Source: a virus
Taxonomy: Duplodnaviria; Caudoviricetes
Strand: one strand, 5' to 3'
IMG/VR virus record: IMGVR_UViG_3300013121_000020
Coordinates: 290,092-354,091 of that record
Length of the DNA: 64,000 bases
The notes under the pieces were generated by a model, which saw only the letters and a program-made list of their open reading frames with translations, did not search any database and had not been told where the DNA came from. Shown piece after piece: positions 58,710 to 64,000 of this stretch (positions are counted from its first letter, which is position 1; each line of letters opens with the position of its first letter). A program made the translations under genes and the position numbers.

Positions 58710-59485
58710 GATTGTCTCCGTAACCGATTGAGTGTAAGATTGTGGATCGATTTTAGATCTATTGGAACTCTTCTTAGTACATTTGCAATGCAATATGCCG
58801 CAAAATAATCACCGGCACCAACAACATTCAATCCAGTCTCTTTAGTGATAATATATTCATCATAATATCCGTCAATTATATAATATATGAGATCCGGGCT
58901 GTGAACTATAATGCCTTTTCTGGTTTGAATATGTCGATCTCTTATCATTCCAACATCAAGTTCAGATACAATAATATAATCAATGTCACAAAGCAAATGT
59001 GAATATTTATCTATATCATTGATGTTACAGAAATCGGCGGAAATTGGCGATTTGAATTTTTGTAATGTTGCGTTATCAATTTTAATTCTATCAAGATACA
59101 TGAAATGATGCCAGTCTGCGTTTTGTTCTGGTTCCCAATTTGTTTTCTCAGAGCAAGCTCCCCATTGCACAATTCCAGTTCTGGTGTTTGATGATATGTC
59201 TGCTATAACTGTTGCGTTGGTTGTGTTAAATTCTGTTCTACTAATTGATATATTAGTACATTTTAAAATGTGTGATAATACTATATTGCCGATCTTATCG
59301 TTGCCAATGTCGCTTATAGCTTTACTGGCGATTTCTGTATCTGCCAATGCGCGGCAAAAATTCGCTAATCCACCAACACTTTCTATTATTTTCATGCAAT
59401 TATGAGAGCCACCCGACACAAGTGGCGAATCTATGATAAGCAATTTATCATAGATTAAATTACCATAAACAGCTATTAATGGCAT
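58706..59485 (-). CDS. PfkB-family carbohydrate kinase
   Basis: GGLAN, IGND..G and VVGAGDYFAA motifs. Confidence 0.8.
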   Translation of the reverse strand: MPLIAVYGNLIYDKLLIIDSPLVSGGSHNCMKIIESVGGLANFCRALADTEIASKAISDIGNDKIGNIVLSHILKCTNISISRTEFNTTNATVIADISSNTRTGIVQWGACSEKTNWEPEQNADWHHFMYLDRIKIDNATLQKFKSPISADFCNINDIDKYSHLLCDIDYIIVSELDVGMIRDRHIQTRKGIIVHSPDLIYYIIDGYYDEYIITKETGLNVVGAGDYFAAYCIANVLRRVPIDLKSIHNLTLNRLRRQS

Positions 59486-59988
59486 GGCGGTATAATATCA
59501 AGTGGATGCATTCTGTTATAAAGGTTCATGATAGCTCCGTAGCCACCAGCTTTGGTTAAAAATTTGATTCCACTTACCATTTTAAATTGTGGTACGGCAT
59601 TGGCTGTACAATATGCAGATCCACCATTACTAATTAACGCTTTCATGATTGGAATATCAAAAAGATCATCACCAACATAAATTACATGTCTATATTCAGT
59701 TATCTTATAATGTTCAATTAGTTTCGCTAGCCATTTTACTTTATCAATAGTTCCATCATCATCTCGTGAATACCAAAAATCAATTTCTCGGTCTTTTGCA
59801 ACTGCAGCGTTGACAGTTTTGTCGGCAGATAACCAACATACTTCCCAACCTTTAGATTTAAATTTTTTAATAGCTGTAAAATCATGATCACAAAATCGTT
59901 TAAATATGACTTTACCATCTGGACCGTATGCTTTTGTCCCATCGGTCATGACACCATCGACATCTAATATCAGTAGTTTAGATTTCAT
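59476..59988 (-). CDS. KdsC-like HAD phosphatase
   Basis: LDVDGVMTDG, YVGDDLFD and GG.GA motifs. Confidence 0.85.
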   Translation of the reverse strand: MKSKLLILDVDGVMTDGTKAYGPDGKVIFKRFCDHDFTAIKKFKSKGWEVCWLSADKTVNAAVAKDREIDFWYSRDDDGTIDKVKWLAKLIEHYKITEYRHVIYVGDDLFDIPIMKALISNGGSAYCTANAVPQFKMVSGIKFLTKAGGYGAIMNLYNRMHPLDIIPPCH

Positions 59989-59991
59989 AGT

Positions 59992-60810
59992 TTACTCTTG
60001 ATAGAACTCGTTTTGTGACAAAAAACCAGGAAACGCTGAACCAGTCATATTACCATTGGCGTCGAAGATATGCCAACCATTGCTTCTGCCCCAATGATAT
60101 TGCTCAAAATTGTAATTTGGATTTAATAATTGCGATTGCATTTCATCTGATAATTTGTCAATATTATGAAAATTCCATCTTAAACATGTAAATTTTAATT
60201 TATCAACATCTCTAAAAGAGCAATTTTGTTTTAATAATTTATACCAATTATCGCTGCTTTTAACTACATTTCTAAAATTGATAGCAGTGTTTTGTAAGCC
60301 GTCTGGATTGTGAACTGGATTATTTTTATGCCATATATCATTTAATAATTGCGCATCGCCATACATGAAACAGTCACCCATGCGTTCGTGACCGGTTTGC
60401 TGCGTTATTAAAAGTCTTTTATTTTCATTATTAAGAATTCTATTGCAATATGATGTTATGTTTTGAATACCAATTATACAATCACCACGAGTCTTTAATA
60501 TTCTATCGAATTTCTTTGATAATGCATGTTCTATTCCAATTGACACATATACAAATTGCGCTGGCATTCCTATCACATATCCGTGTTCATTTAATGGCAA
60601 TAATTTTTCATCCCAATAATAGTAATCACATAATTCCAAATTTTGTGGTTTATGTCCATGCCCAGTTATTATAATATATGAATTTGGATTAAATGTGCGT
60701 AAATGTTTTATACCAAATTCAACGAGTTTCAATTTATGTTCTTTCGTCAATCCGCCTTGCACATCGTAATCTGGAATATGCACTTGTGACACAATACAAT
60801 TAAAATTCAT
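59992..60810 (-). CDS. WavE-like glycan synthesis protein
   Basis: Q......GI.......LKTRGD pattern within the glyco cluster. Confidence 0.5.
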   Translation of the reverse strand: MNFNCIVSQVHIPDYDVQGGLTKEHKLKLVEFGIKHLRTFNPNSYIIITGHGHKPQNLELCDYYYWDEKLLPLNEHGYVIGMPAQFVYVSIGIEHALSKKFDRILKTRGDCIIGIQNITSYCNRILNNENKRLLITQQTGHERMGDCFMYGDAQLLNDIWHKNNPVHNPDGLQNTAINFRNVVKSSDNWYKLLKQNCSFRDVDKLKFTCLRWNFHNIDKLSDEMQSQLLNPNYNFEQYHWGRSNGWHIFDANGNMTGSAFPGFLSQNEFYQE

Positions 60811-61399
60811 ATTTAAATTCCTCTATATCACGTTGATACAATTTTCTTATTGCTTCTTTTGAATCATCGTTATAATATGTACGATAATCAGAATTATCGT
60901 ATTTTCCAACATTCATTTTCAGCAAAGGTGGGCTAATACCAATTTTATTGCAGATAATATGGAAATCTTGTATAAAGTTTTCAAATCTGCCAATATATGA
61001 CATATTAATTTGATTATTATAACTTAAAAAATCTACTTGCGAGCGTAAAAAGACATCTTGCATCCATGGTGAAGTATGTATGTTGAGGCAGAAATCAGTG
61101 AAGTCTTTAAATTCTCCAAATAATGGTTTTTCATGTTTTACTTTAGCGGAATATTGATATATTCTATTTATTGTAAAATCCTTATAAAGTGATAATATTC
61201 GTGCCCATGGGTTTCTTACAAATGAGAATTTAAAGAAATCAATTGCGTGTTTATTAGTGTCTAGAATTTGTTGTAGGCTCATATGATAATCATTTGGCTC
61301 TGGGATGTCATGTCCATACCCAAGGCTAAATTGAATGCTGATTGAACCTGTTTTTGGAATAGATACGAAAACATATTTATGATGATTATCAACTATCAT
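60800..61399 (-). CDS. Sulfotransferase family 2 protein
   Basis: FVSIPKTGS, FSFVRNPW.R.LS.Y, IGRFEN and Y..D...F.Y motifs. Confidence 0.85.
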   Translation of the reverse strand: MIVDNHHKYVFVSIPKTGSISIQFSLGYGHDIPEPNDYHMSLQQILDTNKHAIDFFKFSFVRNPWARILSLYKDFTINRIYQYSAKVKHEKPLFGEFKDFTDFCLNIHTSPWMQDVFLRSQVDFLSYNNQINMSYIGRFENFIQDFHIICNKIGISPPLLKMNVGKYDNSDYRTYYNDDSKEAIRKLYQRDIEEFKYEF

Positions 61400-61842
61400 T
61401 TTTCCCTCTGATATTGTTCTCTTAGCGTTGCGACTATGTCGCTACAAACACCAGCAGCTAATTTCCAATCACATTCTGTTGTTTCAGGTAGGACACAAAT
61501 GGAGCGGTTGGTAAGTAATCTGCCGGGATATGTCCATATATAATTTGCGGATGTTAATGTTATTTCATCAATATCATGAAAGAAACAATGGGAATTTAAT
61601 GCTAATAATTTTGGTAGTGCTTCAATGTTTTTGGCATGACACCATAGTCTTGGATGTTTAAGAAAATCTGAGGCTATGTGATTTAATGGTTTATCATGTC
61701 CTAAGTAGAATGATTCACGATGCCACCATATGTCAATTTCAACACTAAATCCAAGATTAATAGCTTCCATAATATATTCAAAAGTATTTTCACGTTCTTG
61801 ATTTTTAGTTATTATGTTACCGCGATGAGCAATAAATATCAT
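61396..61842 (-). CDS. GDPD-like phosphodiesterase
   Basis: IAHRGN, EN, VEID, LGHD, HAKN and WTYPG motifs. Confidence 0.75.
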   Translation of the reverse strand: MIFIAHRGNIITKNQERENTFEYIMEAINLGFSVEIDIWWHRESFYLGHDKPLNHIASDFLKHPRLWCHAKNIEALPKLLALNSHCFFHDIDEITLTSANYIWTYPGRLLTNRSICVLPETTECDWKLAAGVCSDIVATLREQYQREK

Positions 61843-61849
61843 GTCTTAA

Positions 61850-62332
61850 TCATTCTCCGGTGCGAACATGCACTGCTTTAGTAATTCCACGTTCTCTTCG
61901 TTGATTTTTTAATATAATACTTACAACATTTGCGTCGTGGGTGATAAAAGTGCCTTGTGTGCAAGAGAATGTTACTTGATCTATTACTTCTCCCGGATCT
62001 TCGAATAAATCTGGAATTCCCATATCTGCAAAATAGTCGTCATCTATATAATATCCGTTTGCATAACTTATATCGCCATCTATGATAATTCTATCAAATG
62101 TAAAGCATTTTGGTCTATCTATACCACCACGTTGTATTCTATCAAGATGAATCATGCGGACACCCCATGGGTGTGCTATGATTATTTCAGTGTTGTGGAA
62201 AAATGCTACAGTACGTGATCCAAATGGTCGCTGGATGCCATAGTGTTCAAAATCGCCATGTCTTGCTTCGAGAATATCAACTTGGGCATATGATTGACCA
62301 CGTGACATGCTTATCAATTCTGCGTGAAACAT
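61850..62332 (-). CDS. Hypothetical protein
   Basis: 160-aa ORF. Confidence 0.55.
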   Translation of the reverse strand: MFHAELISMSRGQSYAQVDILEARHGDFEHYGIQRPFGSRTVAFFHNTEIIIAHPWGVRMIHLDRIQRGGIDRPKCFTFDRIIIDGDISYANGYYIDDDYFADMGIPDLFEDPGEVIDQVTFSCTQGTFITHDANVVSIILKNQRRERGITKAVHVRTGE

Positions 62333-62427
62333 GAATTACTCACTTTGGTTTTTATTTTTGAACTAAGATTAGCGTTAGTTTTTGTTGTTTGTGTGTTATA
62401 TCTTTTTTATTTTTCATGGTAAAACAA

Positions 62428-63525
62428 ATGAAGATTGCTATTACTGCAGATGTTCATGCTGGTGTTCCTGGAAGGTTAGATGATATTATATGGGCTTGTC
62501 GAACTATTAGAGAATATTGCCATGTTGCTGGTATAGATGTTGTGGTTGTGCTTGGAGATTTATTTCATGATCGCAGATCACTAGAAATAGAAGTTATTTC
62601 AGCAATGTCGAAGTTTTTTGAGGATACTGTTGAAAAGTATAATCAGCAATGGGTTGTGTTTCCTGGCAATCATGACATGTTCTTGCGTCATTCTTGGAAT
62701 GTTAATAGTTTGACACATTTGCGAAAGCATTTGACAGTAATTGAAGATGTTAAATTATTGATGTTAGATCATCGGAGATTTTGGGTTTTACCGTTCATTC
62801 AATATGAGCGGTCGTTTATGAAAGTGCTGTGGAAAATTGAAGATCAACATGAGGATGGCGATACATTACTCACTCATATTGGAGTGCGTGGTGCGACGTT
62901 AAATACTTGTTTTCTTCTTAAAGATTGGTCAATTATCAATTTTGATGAAAGTAAGTTTCAACGCATTTATACTGGACATTTTCATAGTAAGCAGAATTTA
63001 GATAAAAAAGTTTTTTATCCTGGGTCTCCCATACCATTCAAATTCGATGAAGGTGATGTGCCGCATGGGTTTTATGTTCATGATTTAGATGATGATTCAT
63101 ATAAGTTCATAAACATTTGGAAAGCTGGTAATCAATTATTGCCTAATGAGAGAATGCCGCCTCAATTTTGCACATTTTCTGATGATAGCATTAATAATAA
63201 AACGAAGGATGATGTTTATAATAATATTATTAGAGTATCATTACAACGTGAGTATACATTGGAGGAGAAACGTGCTATTAAAGATCATTTGATGCAGTTG
63301 GGTGCTGTGGCGATTCGGTGGATGAATTTGACTCAACAGAAGTCTGATAAGATATCTGAGGATATTCCACAGATTGGGTATTCTCAGAGGAATTTCTTTA
63401 GAGCGTGGTTGGAGGCGGATAAGAAGGGTGTGAAGGATTTGGATCTTAGTGTGCTTGAGAGAGTTCATAATGATGTCGTGCAAGAGGGCGATGAGATTTA
63501 TGCGGTTGAAGAGTCGGATGTTTAG
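62428..63525 (+). CDS. SbcD/Mre11/T4 gp47-like nuclease
   Basis: ADVH, LGDLFH, GNHD, GHFH and YPGS metallophosphoesterase motifs. The start is at MKIAIT. Confidence 0.92.
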   Translation: MKIAITADVHAGVPGRLDDIIWACRTIREYCHVAGIDVVVVLGDLFHDRRSLEIEVISAMSKFFEDTVEKYNQQWVVFPGNHDMFLRHSWNVNSLTHLRKHLTVIEDVKLLMLDHRRFWVLPFIQYERSFMKVLWKIEDQHEDGDTLLTHIGVRGATLNTCFLLKDWSIINFDESKFQRIYTGHFHSKQNLDKKVFYPGSPIPFKFDEGDVPHGFYVHDLDDDSYKFINIWKAGNQLLPNERMPPQFCTFSDDSINNKTKDDVYNNIIRVSLQREYTLEEKRAIKDHLMQLGAVAIRWMNLTQQKSDKISEDIPQIGYSQRNFFRAWLEADKKGVKDLDLSVLERVHNDVVQEGDEIYAVEESDV

Positions 63526-63850
63526 TGTTTGATGCGCTTTCTGTGTTATGCGGTTGTATGGTTGTCCAGGCCATACTATATAATGGCTCTGTTTGCCATG
63601 TTAGTGTTTGGTGTTACTAAGCCAACTGACCAGAACTGTGGTTTTTTAGGACGTTTTTGGTTAATGCGGGATTGTTCCGCATTCCGGCTCCGGTCGCCTG
63701 TTCTGGTTGATCTTTCATGGTTGGAAGATCTAAAAGAAACGTTCAGGACGCATAAATGCAAAGGCCAATGATGGTCTTGTGTCTGTGGAGTTGGTGACCG
63801 TACGCATGTTATTGATAACTGGAATCTACTCGGTGTAACGACGGACATTC

Positions 63851-63994
63851 TTGAACCAGTTGAACCAGTTGAACCAGTTGAACCAGTTGAACCAGTTGAA
63901 CCAGTTGAACCAGTTGAACCAGTTGAACCAGTTGAACCAGTTGAACCAGTTGAACCAGTTGAACCAGTTGAACCAGTTGAACCAGTTGAACCAG
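63851..63994. repeat. Perfect 9-bp tandem repeat (TTGAACCAG)x16
   Basis: Counted directly. It reads EPV repeats on the plus strand or GST repeats on the minus strand. Confidence 0.95.
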
Positions 63995-64000
63995 ATGAAG

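Noticed and set aside
1-64000. Genome-wide UGA recoding implied by the UCA tRNA
   Set aside because: Conserved genes such as dut, fcl, the sbcC-like gene and the helicase end in TGA at expected lengths, often with ATGA overlaps. Coding density is already high under the standard code.

Overview
This is an AT-rich, gene-dense 64-kb segment that looks like a large (jumbo/huge) tailed phage genome. It has T4 gp46/gp47-like SbcC and SbcD, a DinG-like helicase, dUTPase, ThyX, RNase HI, NucS, sigma-like proteins, a homing-endonuclease-like gene, a 1601-aa vWA structural-type protein and two glycan-modification clusters. The host is inferred to be a planctomycete from a TIGR02996-type domain, CsrA, a sulfatase and GC-rich spacers. 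The main signal is at about 46.6-52.4 kb. It is a compact 660-aa type V (Cas12b/g-like) effector with an intact RuvC triad, no cas1/cas2 in the window, and a 36-nt CRISPR array. It also has three diverged copies of a ~240-nt structured tracrRNA-like RNA. Two copies are joined by a short linker directly to a 10-nt micro-repeat, forming natural single-guide RNAs. These are followed by micro-repeat arrays whose substitutions mostly keep predicted pairing to the tracrRNA through G-U wobble. Other highlights are a PurZ-type (2-aminoadenine pathway) gene, a UCA-anticodon (opal suppressor) tRNA directly upstream of a PTH2-like gene with an in-frame UGA, and a radical-SAM/SPASM + Cys-rich peptide + adenylating-enzyme (RiPP-like) cluster. 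All family calls come from motif recognition by eye; no searches were run.
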